From the NCBI RefSeq assembly GCF_001194135.2, contig NC_068985.1, positions 33,973,429-34,037,428 of the forward strand: a stretch of 64,000 nt of DNA. Reading direction: 5' to 3'. Every line of letters starts with the position of its first letter. Position 1 is the first letter of the stretch. Made by a program: the position numbers and the translations under genes. The notes under the pieces were generated by a model, which made no database searches, was not told the origin of the DNA, and saw nothing but the letters and a program-made list of their open reading frames with translations. Shown piece by piece: positions 1-11,985 of this stretch. Source of the stretch: Octopus bimaculoides. Its lineage: Eukaryota.

Positions 1-26
1 ATATATATATATATATATATATATAG

Positions 27-705
27 ATGCTTGCTATTGTTGAAAAGAATCCATTTTTTTTCATCACACATAACAATACAATGCTAAAATGGCTTGTTTT
101 TATTGCTATGACAGCAAAGAACAGCAAGTTTCAAGACGACGTGTCATTTGATGCTCAATCAGTTCATGTGGTACCCACTTGTCCAGCTTCTTTACCATGC
201 CAATTTGTTTCAGATTGTCCAATACAGTTAGAATTGAAATGTCAAACCTTGCTGCTAACTCACACGTAGTTTGAGATGTATCCGCTTCCATTACAGTTTC
301 CAGCTGATCATTATCCACCTTGGTCTCATGTCTGCCGTGGGGCTGATTTTCAAGAATAAAATTACCAGATTGGAACTTCTCAAACTACTGATGTACAGTG
401 CACTCATTCGCCACATCTTCATCAAACACCTCATTGATGCTTTGAGCTGTCTAGGATGCATTGGTTCCACAGCAGAACTCATATTCATAAACAACATGAA
501 TTTTTGATCTATCCATGGGTTCACAAAAATTGTTTTACTAGAGATAAGTCACAATATAATCAGACTCCATGAATTGCATTTCAAAAAGTGATAATGTAAC
601 TCTTCAGTGTTGTAGAACAAAAAATTGTCAGGATGCAACTTTAAAGTTAATGACTGTCAAACTTGGTGCATAAGAAAATCGGGCATTTCATTCTTAATGA
701 CCTGA
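27..705 (-). mobile_element. Mariner (Tc1/mariner) transposon 5' portion, degenerate transposase
   Basis: ORF 106-318 reads DNDQLETVMEAD...KQIGMVKKLDKWVPHEL, with the mariner WVPHEL motif. The N-terminal HTH remnant continues in 291-524. A TIR-like end TA|TCAGGTCATTAAGAATGAAATGCCCG lies at ~675-707. The 3' side is truncated by (TA)n. Confidence 0.88.
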
Positions 706-1374
706 TATATACATACATATGTATGTATGTAAAATATGTTGTACATTTTTTGTTGAGCTTACCATCATGGAATAGTAGATTATATATGTATATGTAGATA
801 AAAGAGAAAATACAACAGTTTCCTTTATTCACTCTCCCAGCCATAACTGGGTTTGTTGAGTTTGTCTTACAAACAAAAAAAAAAAAAGAATAAATTTTGT
901 GAGAAGCTCTAATTGTTAAATTTTCTCTTTATTCACCTGAATAAAAAATTTTGTTTTGCCTAATGTAACATTTTTGTTTATCAATAAAGAACATGTCTGA
1001 AACAGCTGTAGTGAACCACAACCCATCTGTGTTATTGTTTATTCTTCACCTAACTCAGAACCTTCCATACGTCTGGATCTGGAGTCTGTAGTCGACTGTA
1101 GAGTATGTGCAGTGAGTATACCCGTGTGACTCTGATGACTCATTGTATATTCAGTCACTAGTTGTGGATGTACGCATAATTGAAAGGACAAATCCGCATT
1201 TACTTTAATAAGTACATATATGTCAGTACACAATGTTCGTACACAGATACGCTATCCCTGACTCTACCTATGTGCTTTTACCATTTAAATACCTGATTCT
1301 GTCTAATCCTGAAAGTCTTATATATGTGTGTGTGTAAGGTAAAATAGAAAGCTTTCTGACAATGTGGAAAGTTT

Positions 1375-1905
1375 AATAAAACTTTTATATTTCAGGTACA
1401 AAGGCCCATCTTCAGAAGAAAAGTCCAGTTATGTAGGTTCCATTAACCCATTCAAATTCCCTAGTGTTTATGTAACAGCAGCAGTTGCTCTCCAAAGTAA
1501 ATTACTGGTGTTATTCTCAGACGCTAGTATGGAGGTATCTATCTCCTTGGTAGTGTTGCCACATCTGGTCAGGTGTTTGCAGAAGGAGGACGTGTTGGTT
1601 GTGAGATGCTCCTTAATTTGGATGTGGAGTGGTCGTGTTGTGCTACAGATGTAATGGTTGTTGCATTTGGAGCATTGTATTTGGTATACCATGCACATAT
1701 GTAAGCACATATTAGTGTTGCAAATGGGGCAGTTCATTAGTGTACTGGGCTGTTGTACTGCATGTGACACCAGAGTGGATGTACGGAAGTAAACAATCGA
1801 TGAAGGCAGACATTAAGGGCCGTTAGGCCAAAATGAATTGTAATGGGTAATGTCTGGAAGAAATTTTGAAAGGATACTTCTGTACGTCCACTCTGGTGTC
1901 ACTTG
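1375..1905 (-). mobile_element. Penelope-like element (PLE) 3' remnant: GIY-YIG endonuclease plus terminal region
   Basis: ORF 1468-1770 reads CMVYQIQCSKCNNHYICSTTRPLHIQIKEHL, a GIY-YIG/Uri domain with the CxxC between the two motifs that is typical of PLEs. A hammerhead-like motif follows at 1381-1423. Confidence 0.85.
1381..1423 (-). ncRNA. Degenerate minimal hammerhead ribozyme motif at the PLE 3' end
   Basis: Minus strand reads cttttctt-CTGAAGA-tgggcctttgtacct-GAAA-t-ATA-aaagt. Both core boxes are present and stem I (cttt/aaag) is plausible. The cleavage triplet has decayed (GTA to ATA). Confidence 0.5.
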
Positions 1906-1999
1906 TTCGTTCAAAGCCCTAACCCCCCACAAATTTTATATTTTAAAAAATTTCTGGATACTGCTGTCTCATGAAGTTTTCCTGTCTTGTCGTTAAAAG

Positions 2000-2125
2000 C
2001 ATGAAACAGAGTAATATCACAGTCGACAACTGAGGAGGGGCCAGACTTCTTTTGGTATTTTGTCCTGTACTTATCTCTTGTTGTGTGCTTACATATTTTT
2101 CACCCGTTGGTGATGTCCTGTTCTC
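2000..2125 (+). repeat. Copy of dispersed repeat 'family C' (gacaactga(t/c)ga...gtgacgtcctgtacccatata tail)
   Basis: Clear similarity to 12575-12705, 13070-13262 and 31860-32095. Confidence 0.65.
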
Positions 2126-2249
2126 AATATATATTTTTTTCATTTATCTAATAATTGAATGCCACGCAGTCTTTGTCAAAAGTAAGTTTTTACATTTAAC
2201 TATATATATATTTATATATATGTACACATGCACACACACACACACATAT

Positions 2250-2600
2250 ACACCAAAAGCACCATCTACTCCATCTAATTTCTGGACCAAGTACTGCAAT
2301 AGCCAAGGGTTCAAAGGCCCACAGCTCTTCAATACTCTGCCACAAAAATTAAGAAATGTATATAATATGGATGTAGATTTCTTCAAAAAGGTACTAAACA
2401 TTCTCCTCTTCACAATACCAGTGGCATGAGGTGCAGACAAGGGCAGCGGAATCAAACTCCCTCATACACCAAATGAGCCAACAGCTGGAGCAGAGGCACA
2501 TATAGGAGTGGTGATCTGAAATCCCCCAACCTGAGGATATCAGCAAAACCACGGTAGTGCTTCTGCATGACTGTAACTGAATGGCTTAAATGAAAAAAAG
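2250..2600 (+). mobile_element. CR1/L2-group LINE 3' fragment (ORF2 C-terminus)
   Basis: Translation WTKYCNSQGFKGPQLFNTLPQKLRNVYNMDVDFFKKVLNILLFTIP resembles the 'GPRLFNSLP..IRN....FK..LD..L.TIPD' C-terminal motif of CR1-group ORF2. Confidence 0.7.
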
Positions 2601-2603
2601 GAC

Positions 2604-2637
<34 letters not shown>

Positions 2638-2665
2638 GTATGTATGTATGTATATATATATATAT

Positions 2666-3294
2666 CATCATCGTCATCATCATCATCGTTTAACGTCCGC
2701 TTTCCATGCTAGCATGGGTTGGACAATTTGACTGAGGACTGGTGAAACCAGATGGCTACACCAGGCTCCAATCTGATTTGGCAGAGTTTCTACAGCTGGA
2801 TGCCCTTCCTAACGCCAACCACTCCGAGAGTGTAGTGGGTGATTTTACGTGCCACTGGCACGAAGGCCAGTCAGGCGGTACTGGCAACGGCCACGCTCAA
2901 AATGGTGTATTTTATGTGTCACCCACACGGGAGCCAGTCCAGGGGCACTGGCAACGATCTCGCTCGAAAGTCCTTACATATGCTACGGGCACAAGTGCCA
3001 GAAAGGCAACGCTGGGCACAGGTGCCATCCCGATTTCGCTTTCGCTTGCCCCAACAGGTCTTCGCAAGCTGAATTTCGTGTCCAATGAAGGAGACGACGT
3101 TGGCATGGGTGCCAGTCATCGAATTTAGTTCGGTTTCGATTTCGTTTCACTTCCCTCAACAGGTCTTCGCAAGCGGAGTTTAGTGTCCAATGAAGGAAAG
3201 GTACGCATAAGTGGGCTGGCTACACCCCTAGCAGAAGCCTTGGATTTAGGTCTCACTTGGCTTGCTGGGTCTTCTCACACACAGCATATTTCCA
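2666..3294 (-). mobile_element. RTE-clade LINE 3' end: last ORF codons, ~600 bp 3'UTR and (GAT)n tail
   Basis: Minus strand begins WKYAVCEKTQQAK* (RTE ORF C-terminus) and ends ...CCAACCCATGCTAGCATGGAAAGCGGACGTTAAACGATGATGATG. Highly similar to 50081-50680 in the opposite orientation. Confidence 0.85.
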
Positions 3295-3366
3295 TATGTA
3301 TATATTAATAGGAAAGGTAAGACAACAAAAGAAAGAAACCTCGTTATTATGTAAATAGAGGAATTT

Positions 3367-3498
3367 ATCTGTAAATGATATGTGACAATTATTTGGTAGC
3401 CATGATAAAACTCCGAGTTTCGTCAGTTTCCACCCCAACATCTGAAACTCAAAATTTTATAATGGCTACCGAATAATTGTCACATATTATTTACAGAT
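3367..3498. repeat. Palindrome with 56-bp arms and a 20-bp spacer
   Basis: 3367-3422 is the reverse complement of 3443-3498 with 7 mismatches. Confidence 0.9.
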
Positions 3499-3548
<50 letters not shown>

Positions 3549-3550
<2 letters not shown>

Positions 3551-3995
3551 GGCTATTCTGTTCAAATGGACTTTGCTGCAATTTTTTAAACCCAAGAAGT
3601 CATCTCTAGTTGGTTAAAGATCCACAGCTGCATCCAATATATTGCAAGCAGAGGAGTGAACCCCAACCACCTGCTAGTGATGAGACCAGCCTGGTTTTGG
3701 GATATTTCTGCCTCCCTTCTATACCAGACACCTCATCTGCTAGAGATGGCAGTAGCTCACTTCTGCTCACAATATATATAAATTCAAGCAACAGACAGTT
3801 GCTGATCTTGCAACAAGGAGAGAGGCAGAAATAGCCTGAAATCAGGCTGATCTGCTAGTCCTGTACTGGAAGGTGGTAGGAGTTCACTCCCCTGCTTGCA
3901 ATATATATGCAGCTGTGCATTGTTAACCAGCTAGAGGAGATTTCCTCTTAGGGTTAAAAAAATCACAGTAAAGTCTGTTCGAATGGAACAGCCAT
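3549..3995. repeat. Long inverted repeat (foldback/MITE-like), ~170-bp arms
   Basis: 3549-~3716 aligns to the reverse complement of ~3820-3995. Shared blocks include cacagctgcat, atattgcaagcag, ggagtgaac and tatttctgcctc. Flanked on the left by (TA)n. Confidence 0.85.
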
Positions 3996-4118
3996 GTTAA
4001 AGTGGCTACGAACATTACTTGCTAGTACAACTACTGCATTCATCTCTTAGAGAGATTTTAAAACTAGCTTTTTTGCTTGTTGCAAGATCAGTGACTGTGT
4101 GTCACTTGAATTTATATA

Positions 4119-4885
4119 CAGGATGTGGTGAATAAATTGTCATCTAAATTACACAAAAATCTCGTTTTAATAGATATATTTACCAAAATTACATAAAAAT
4201 ATCTTGAAATACTAAAGAGTAAATTTATTTAATAAAATCACCACTAGCTTCAATCATAGCTTCCAGACGACTTCGGAATCTCCTCCAGCTCATCTGGACG
4301 GTCTCCTTGTTTAAGTTGGTGAATGCTGTCATAATCCTTGCCTTCAGTTCATCTTTGGTGTTACAAGGAGTTTTGTTAGTCTCTCACTCAACCGTGCTCC
4401 ATATATAATAATCAAGGGGATTGCGGTCTGGGGAGTTAGGTGGCCGAACATTAAGGGCGACATGGTCACAGAAATTATCTGACAGTCATGATTGGATTCT
4501 CCTGCTGGTGTGGCATGGTGCAGAGACCTGTTGCCAGACATAGTGTCTTCTAGCAACCACCCTCTTAACCCAGAGCAGCACTATCTCCTCCCGGCACTTG
4601 ATGTAGGCCTCCATGTTGAGTCTGAGGCTGTGTGGGAAGATGAATGGAGGTATAACATCACCATCACTAGTGATCACGCCAAACATCATGATGTTGACTG
4701 GATGTTTGAATTTTATCACTCTCAGTACACGTTTTGAGAACATGGCAAATCAATGGTTGTCCTGTGTGTTCACCATCTGATCTTGGCAGAAATTTTTCAC
4801 GTCTGAGAAAAAACAAAGCATGTTCAGTTGGAGGGGTTGCTTGAGTTTGCTCAAAAGCTTCATAGTGCAGTCCTTGACTTGGGAT
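4119..4885 (-). mobile_element. Tc1/mariner superfamily transposon (maT/DD37D-like), frameshifted transposase 3' half and TIR
   Basis: Frames give ...FFSDEKNFCQDQ... (reconstructed across frames), KHPVNIMMFGVITSDGDVIPPFIFP...YVWQQVSAPCHTS, and a WPPNSPDCNPLD-like motif. The end TA|CAGGATGTGG lies at 4117-4128. Confidence 0.85.
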
Positions 4886-4894
4886 AAAAATTGG

Positions 4895-5040
4895 CTCTTT
4901 TTCATCAAATCCACTCACAAAGCTTTGATTGGCCCAGGACTATAGTAGAAAACTATGTACCCAAGGTGCCACACAGTGGCACTGAATCCAGAACCATGTG
5001 GTTGGGAAGCAAACTTCTTTCCACACAGTCGTGCCTATGA
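4895..5040 (-). mobile_element. tRNA-derived CORE-type SINE, 5' part
   Basis: Reverse complement of the head and core seen at 52479-52625 (…TGGTTCTGGATTCAGTGCCACTGTGTGGCACCTTGGG…). Confidence 0.8.
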
Positions 5041-5062
5041 ATGAATGTATGAAAAAAATGCA

Positions 5063-5099
<37 letters not shown>

Positions 5100-5609
5100 T
5101 GGTATGCGTAAAAAATTGGTTCCTAGTTTGATTGTACTATGCATAACTTTTTGCAAGTATTTTGTAATGTTATCTCAAGTTCACTAATATTTTATGAGTG
5201 GAAGATGACAGAAATTTACAGAAACATGGTTTTATGTGTGTACATTGATCAGAGAATAGAGTTATTGTTGCTCTTCAGATAAAGTTGTTTGTGATATTTT
5301 TTCTGTACCAAACTACTGGAAACCCAAAATCAACAATGCTAGTGTTCACTGACTGCAGTATGAAATTAAATATATTGAGTAGAGGGAAATCTAGACCTGG
5401 TAGATAAATTTCCGGTGTAAGTAGGATGTTAAAAATGCAGCTAATCCACACTAGGATTGTAGCTGCCAATATGAAAGGCATCCAGCCATAAAATATAAAA
5501 TAACTTTGACATACACAACATTATTATGTGAGGGCAAAGTATTGAGATATTGCACTGAAGCTGACCAGTCCACTCTATGCTAGCACAGAAAAATAGATGG
5601 AGTATGGTT

Positions 5610-5899
5610 CAATTACAATTTCACTTGCCTCAACAGGTCTTCGCAAGCAGAGTTTAGTGTCCAATGAAGGAGAGGTTGGCATGGGTGCCAGTCATCGGAT
5701 TCGTTTCGATTTCAATTTCAGATTTCAAATTCCAAATTCCAAATTCATTTGCCTCAACAGGTCTTCGCAAGCAGGGTTTTTAGTGTCCAATGAAGTAAAG
5801 ATATGGATTAGTGAGCTGGCTACACTTGTGGCAGAGATCACAGATTATGCTCTCACTTGCCTTGCCGGGTCTTCTCACATACTGCATATTTCCAAAGGT

Positions 5900-5901
<2 letters not shown>
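5610..5901 (-). mobile_element. RTE LINE fragment (ORF end plus proximal 3'UTR)
   Basis: Minus strand reads DLWKYAVCEKTRQGK* followed by the same UTR as 2666-3294. Abuts (TA)n. Confidence 0.8.
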
Positions 5902-5944
<43 letters not shown>

Positions 5945-6199
5945 ATGGGTAATTCAATGAGTAATGCTGCCTTACATTTGGGACATCTGGTATATAACTT
6001 ATTACAGCTAATATACACTGAAAATATCAATTATTGAGACTGATAAAAACAAGCTCAGTCCTCATTGTAGATTATTTTCTTAAGGAACTGCTTACTCATC
6101 AAAATGCTGGAAATCAACCTGAATGAGAAAAAATTTTACTTCATGTGGCTTATTTTCTTGATATCATTAATCAAAAGCCATCTGTCTTTTTCTTATTCT

Positions 6200-6600
6200 T
6201 TTTTCTTGTTTCAGTCATTAGACTGTGGCCATGCTGGGGCACCACCTTGAAGAGTTTTTAGTCACATGAATCAAACCAAGTGGTTTAAAAAAATTCTTTT
6301 CTTAAGCCTGATACATACTCTGTCGGTCTCTTTTACTGAAATGCTAAGTTACAGGGATGAAAACAAACCAACACTGATTGTCAAACAGTGGTGGTGGTGG
6401 TGGGATGGGGGACAAACACAGACACATAGACATATGTACATATAGATTTATGTATAATGGGCTTCTTGCAGTTTCTATCTACTAAATCCACTCACGAGGC
6501 TTTGGTTGGCTGAAGGCTATAGTTGAAGACACCCAAGGTGCCATGCTGTGGGACTGAACCTGGAGCTGTGTGGTTGGGAAGCAAACTTCTTACCACATAA
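6200..6600 (-). mobile_element. Near full-length CORE-type SINE
   Basis: Reverse complement of 52479-52930, covering head, core and the CCAGCATGGCC(G/A)CAGTC…ATGACTGAAACAAG tail. Confidence 0.8.
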
Positions 6601-7039
6601 CTTTAGCTGATAAGTTCTACTTGTGTTATTTTGACATGCATCAGTTATCACTTTTTGAGCAATATTTGAAGATACTTTTCTTTTCCTTAAACTTTGACCA
6701 GTATTGTATTTTTGATAATATGAGAATATGAATATTTTGTTTTGTTTAAATTTGAAATTTGCAAAAAGTTGACTAGTCAGCTTCATTTTGTGGAAACTTG
6801 GGAAAATCAAAAAAGCAGTATGTACAGTAAAGTAGTTGAGGGGTGACATGCACCAAATATATGAAATTATTTCCCTTAGCTCATTTTATTTTATGACAGA
6901 TATATTTGCCAATTAAGAAATAAATAAACTGAGTGCTAACATCAATTCAATATGACTTTTGCTATTGAAAAGCAAATCTAAATAACTAAAATTGCAACAC
7001 TAATTGAACATATACCATATACACTTAGTTTGGGTTACT

Positions 7040-7435
7040 GTAAAACAATACCTGGTCGATTGTATAAAGTCTCCTATCACTCTGAAGCACATAAATAATT
7101 TATACTTGAGATCATAATCCTATTGAGAAGAAAGGTCATTAGCATTAATGAAAATTATTCTCAGAAGGGACAAGAGAAAGGACGCTTGAAATATCACCTT
7201 GACAAAAATTTAGAGGAGATATGCAGGAAAGAATTACAAGATAGATTCTTTAAGCTGAGCCAACCAGCTTAAGGATAATATCCATAATCTTAGTTGGTCA
7301 CACTTGGAAATCCAGCCAGAAACTTTAATGACAGTTACCTCTGGTAGGACCCTATGGAGGAATGCCTGTGGATCCTTCCCAATGATCTTCCCAAGAATAG
7401 TAGACGGAGAAGATGGATGAATAGATGAATATGCA
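7040..7435 (+). mobile_element. Old RTE-like LINE 3' fragment
   Basis: Degenerate translation ...KDNIHNLSWSHLEIQPETLMTVTSGRTLWR resembles the RTE C-terminus. Ends in a GATGGATGAA-type tail. Confidence 0.5.
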
Positions 7436-9906
7436 AAATAGGAAGAGACTTACATTTCTCAGTGTTCAGGCAAAAGTTACACTTATGTACAATGAAAGAC
7501 TTAATTCAATTTAATTCAATGAACAATCCCCTCAAATATCTCAGACACTCTCAGCTCCTTCCTTCAGTTTTGAAAACATCACATTATTTTAAAAATAAAT
7601 GAAGTGTTCATTCACTCAATTGCTATGTTTTGATCAAAACTGAGAAATGAATAATAGATAGATAGGTATGAAATTCTGTAATTCACATGTAAATTCTTAA
7701 TAATTGTTGCTCTCAGTTTACTACATGTGTTCAACTCAGTTTGATTCAGTTGGTTGTATACAAAGACAACAAAACAACACTTAAAATTGTTCTGAGTGTC
7801 ATAAAAGAAAATTTACTGCTAAATTATTGTTCACAATTGGATCATTGACAGCAAGAAGGTCAACTAATCTCCAGCACAGAGTAAAAGTGAAAACGAATAT
7901 TTGAGCTAATCAACAATCCTCAAAGTTATATCTAGATTAAGTCTCCTAATTCCTCCAATCAATGAATACACAACTGAAGTAACTCATTAGCCTTTTAACT
8001 GTTGTCAAATGTAAAAGTATCTCAGAGGATAAATAAAATTGTGAACTCTCTGTGAATCTATATTTTGTCATTTGTGCTATAATATTTAGAGTAAGATGGT
8101 GTTACCAGTTCCTGTTTCTTAATTTACCTAGCAACAGAGCATACTACATAAAAACAGAGAAAAAGAGAACAACTTGACTGAGAAGTGCTCACATAACAGG
8201 AAAATTCTGTAAGGTTGAATGATACATGCTCAAAATGACTCACCAACCATTAACACTACAAAGTAAAATGTTTATGTGTGATTAAAAAAAGAAAATTTAA
8301 ATAACTCCATCACTGCCTTTGTCCCTGTTAATGCTGCAGAAATACCAAGATTGCTGTGTACCTATATAGAATTCTTTTACTTTGTTTATACTTACCACTC
8401 TGTAAACATTTGAATTACATTCCAATTACTAATTGTATGACGACTCTCTCCATAAATTAATACTATAATTAATTATCTGAGGAAATTGTTTGCACACAAC
8501 ACAGAGAAGGACTACGATTAAAACTGACATCCTGCTATAACCAAGATTCTGTGCCATACCATTCATTACCTCATTTCAATGTAACTGAAATGGAGAAGAC
8601 AATACTTTCTATTGATTCTCTTTGCAGCACATTGTTTACAAACTTCTTGGTAGCAGTTTATCAATTTACTGCACTTCTATACAAATATTCCTAATTTTGT
8701 TTTCTTTACATTTTTTTTACTGACCTATACAAATAGCTTAGAAGTTGAGGTACTGATGAATTCATATTCCACTATTCTTGAGATTTGTTTTTTAAAACAT
8801 TTTTTATGGAGTGATTCATACCAACAACATATATTCCATAAACTAACTATACTCCTTGTTTATTTTTGCTTGGTAAGGAGAAATTAGTTTTTTTTAATAC
8901 TGAAATCAATGAATTTATTTATAGTATTTTTTTTTTTACTTAATCTAGAAATTTAAATTAGTTTTTTGTCACATTCAGGCAGTTCTGAGAGAATCCTAAG
9001 AACCTATGCCATAGAAGCAGTTAATTAAACACTTGGGGCTAATTCACATACTCAATACACCAGATATACTGTCGTAAACTATCTTGTGTTATTTTAGGGG
9101 TAAAACTTCATTTTGTAGAATTTGTAATCTTTCTATAACCATCCTGTCTTTATTGTGAGCTTACAGTTTATAAAACTTCAAACTTGAAACATAAAGCCCT
9201 CATTTTAAAATTAGTAAAGAGGTTTTTTTTTTCACTGCTGCATTGAGGAAGTTGAGTAACTATGTGGAAGCTCTTTTATTATTTCATGTTTTTTTGTGTG
9301 TTTTTCTTTATGAAATATAATTAATTTAACAAGTTTATACAACTGCATTTGTTCATAACATAATGTGTTCATTTGATCTGCATTATTCTACTTCCATGCT
9401 GTGCAGTATATTATGTTCACACATTATGCATGCTGTTTACTTGCAGTTCTTCTCTCTCTGCAGCTGTTCGTGCACCAGACAATTGTTTATCTTATTTATA
9501 CAGTTAATCAGCACATTTTCCTGCTACTATATTTGAATATGAAGGCAGGCACTGTATTAAATTGAAACCATTTCACTTCACTTATGTTGGTAATGATATT
9601 GAGAAAAATATAAATGCTACTGCACATCATTCACTCTTAATAAACATTTCAGTGTTATAATTAATGTATAAGATTAATATGTTTACATAGTATACTTGTT
9701 TACTTTCTCTGTATAGGTGATTGCTCTATCATTCTACAACTTTGTTTGCATACCGTAATGATATTTACTATAAAACTCAGAAACTTACTGCGTCTTTATC
9801 TCACACTACACTGTTCAATTATTTAGTTCTCTATGGTATTGATGTTTATCAAAGCCTTTCTATGTGTAGTTAATGTGATTAAAATAATAACTATAATGCA
9901 CATACA

Positions 9907-11224
9907 TCTATACTATAATGGAGAAAGCTGCTTATTAATTAGGTATGTAACAATTACTAAAAGTACTAAAAGAAAGCAATATTAAAAGCTTGACCATCTG
10001 GAAATATTTTTTATAAATTCATGTTCTAAGGAATTACCTACAATTTCGATTGCTGAAGTTTACTGAATTTTTTAAAACTCCAAATTCTCGCAAATTTAAA
10101 TATTTATTGCATTCATTGCGTCCAATTCTTCGTGAATTTAAATATTCATTGCATTCACTGCAGAGTAGATTTTAATGGTTAATAATAAACACTATTAATT
10201 CGTTGCAGGCAAGATTCTATGTTTTTATTTGCAATAGTCTCTCATTCTAGCTCGCCTCTATCTTCATTAATGATAATTAAATATTAGCTGTATAACTTTG
10301 ATACAGGCACAATTTCAAGAATATCATCATTTTCTGAAGTTTGTTAAATGAATATTTTTGAGAAAATGAAAATTCTTCAATATACCGGTATAATTTTTTT
10401 TTTTTAAATGAAGAAGTGATTTTGTTGGTATGGCTACTTGGAACGCTATAAGCCTTACAATAATAACTATGTGATGGCTGCTATTTCTAACATGCTAAAC
10501 AAGATATTTTTAACAAGCTTTCATTTATATATAATATGTGACTGAAAAAGAAAATTTAGCAGCAAAGGCACAACAGTAGAGAGAAAGATGGGTAACTGAA
10601 TCAGATGAAACCAAGGCAAAGCAACTGTAACAGATGCCTGAATATGCATGGAGACGTAGACATGATTCTGTTTCCGCTACACATACCGACTGGTATCTCG
10701 AGAGGAGAATATTCTACTTCAAATTAATGGTGTCAGATCACAAATTGTTGATGCAACACTAGAGAGATCTTTTCTTTGCGATCATGTGGAAGTAGTGGAG
10801 TTGACAACCAATCTAAGACTTCTTACAGAAGGTCATTCTGATGAAAGAGAGTTTGCTAATTACCTTCTTGATGTAGCAAATGATAACATTTTTGCTGAAC
10901 AAAGCCTACCCAATGACCTTTGCCTTGAAAGTGGTACTCTTTCAGATCTGTGAGATTTTGTACATATGCTGACCTCAAAAATAATTTCACAAACCCTGTG
11001 TGACTTGCAAATAGAACCATTGTTACTCCAATAAAAGAAGCAGCGCAATTTGTGGGTGATTTTCTGTTGACCAGGATTCCTGGTGAGCTAAAAATATACA
11101 GAAGCTTAGATACAGTTGATAATGAAACTCTGTACCCAACTGAGTTCATCAGCAAACTTACACCATCAGGGTCTCCACCACACATTCTCAAACTGAAGAA
11201 AAAATGATGCATAATGCTTCTGAG
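9907..11224 (+). mobile_element. Helitron, internally deleted, carrying a PIF1-like helicase fragment
   Basis: 5' end A|TCTATACTATAATGG at 9906-9921. From 10729 it reads RSQIVDATLERSFLCDHVEVVELTTNLRL...EFANYLLDVAND, then ...YPTEFISKLTPSGSPPHILKLKK..IMLLR, both Helitron helicase motifs. Truncated by a second Helitron-like copy at ~11225. Confidence 0.88.
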
Positions 11225-11406
11225 GTATTTATACCCCGGAAACCTCTAATATCTTAAAAAAACCACTTGTCTAATTTATGCGAAAGTTGTTTTATTCCAT
11301 TTGTATTAACATTTCAAAGGCATCTTAATTCATAGTATTTTCTCATTATGCGCCAATTTGGCTGTGTAACATTGCAAGCAAGAAAGATTGAACTTCACTT
11401 TTATTA

Positions 11407-11410
<4 letters not shown>
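11225..11410 (-). mobile_element. Non-autonomous Helitron-like (HINE-type) repeat, 5' part
   Basis: Homologous to 12255-12502 and 53630-53830 (shared block tgccaatttggctg(t/g)gtaacattgcaagcaag). Confidence 0.7.
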
Positions 11411-11452
<42 letters not shown>

Positions 11453-11985
11453 TANNNNNNNNNNNNNNNNNNNNNNNNNNNNNNNNNNNNNNNNNNNNNN
11501 NNNNNNNNNNNNNNNNNNNNNNNNNNNNNNNNNNNNNNNNNNNNNNNNNNNNNNNNNNNNNNNNNNNNNNNNNNNNNNNNNNNNNNNNNNNNNNNNNNNN
11601 NNNNNNNNNNNNNNNNNNNNNNNNNNNNNNNNNNNNNNNNNNNNNNNNNNNNNNNNNNNNNNNNNNNNNNNNNNNNNNNNNNNNNNNNNNNNNNNNNNNN
11701 NNNNNNNNNNNNNNNNNNNNNNNNNNNNNNNNNNNNNNNNNNNNNNNNNNNNNNNNNNNNNNNNNNNNNNNNNNNNNNNNNNNNNNNNNNNNNNNNNNNN
11801 NNNNNNNNNNNNNNNNNNNNNNNNNNNNNNNNNNNNNNNNNNNNNNNNNNNNNNNNNNNNNNNNNNNNNNNNNNNNNNNNNNNNNNNNNNNNNNNNNNNN
11901 NNNNNNTGTAATGTTATTCACTTGAAAATAATTTTAAAAAGACATTAAAATATTGTCTGTTTAAAGAAGGCTAGAATATAAATAC

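Noticed and set aside
2742-3128. GC-rich overlapping ORFs (also 50011-50604)
   Set aside because: They lie in the RTE 3'UTR downstream of the ORF stop and have no protein homology I recognise.
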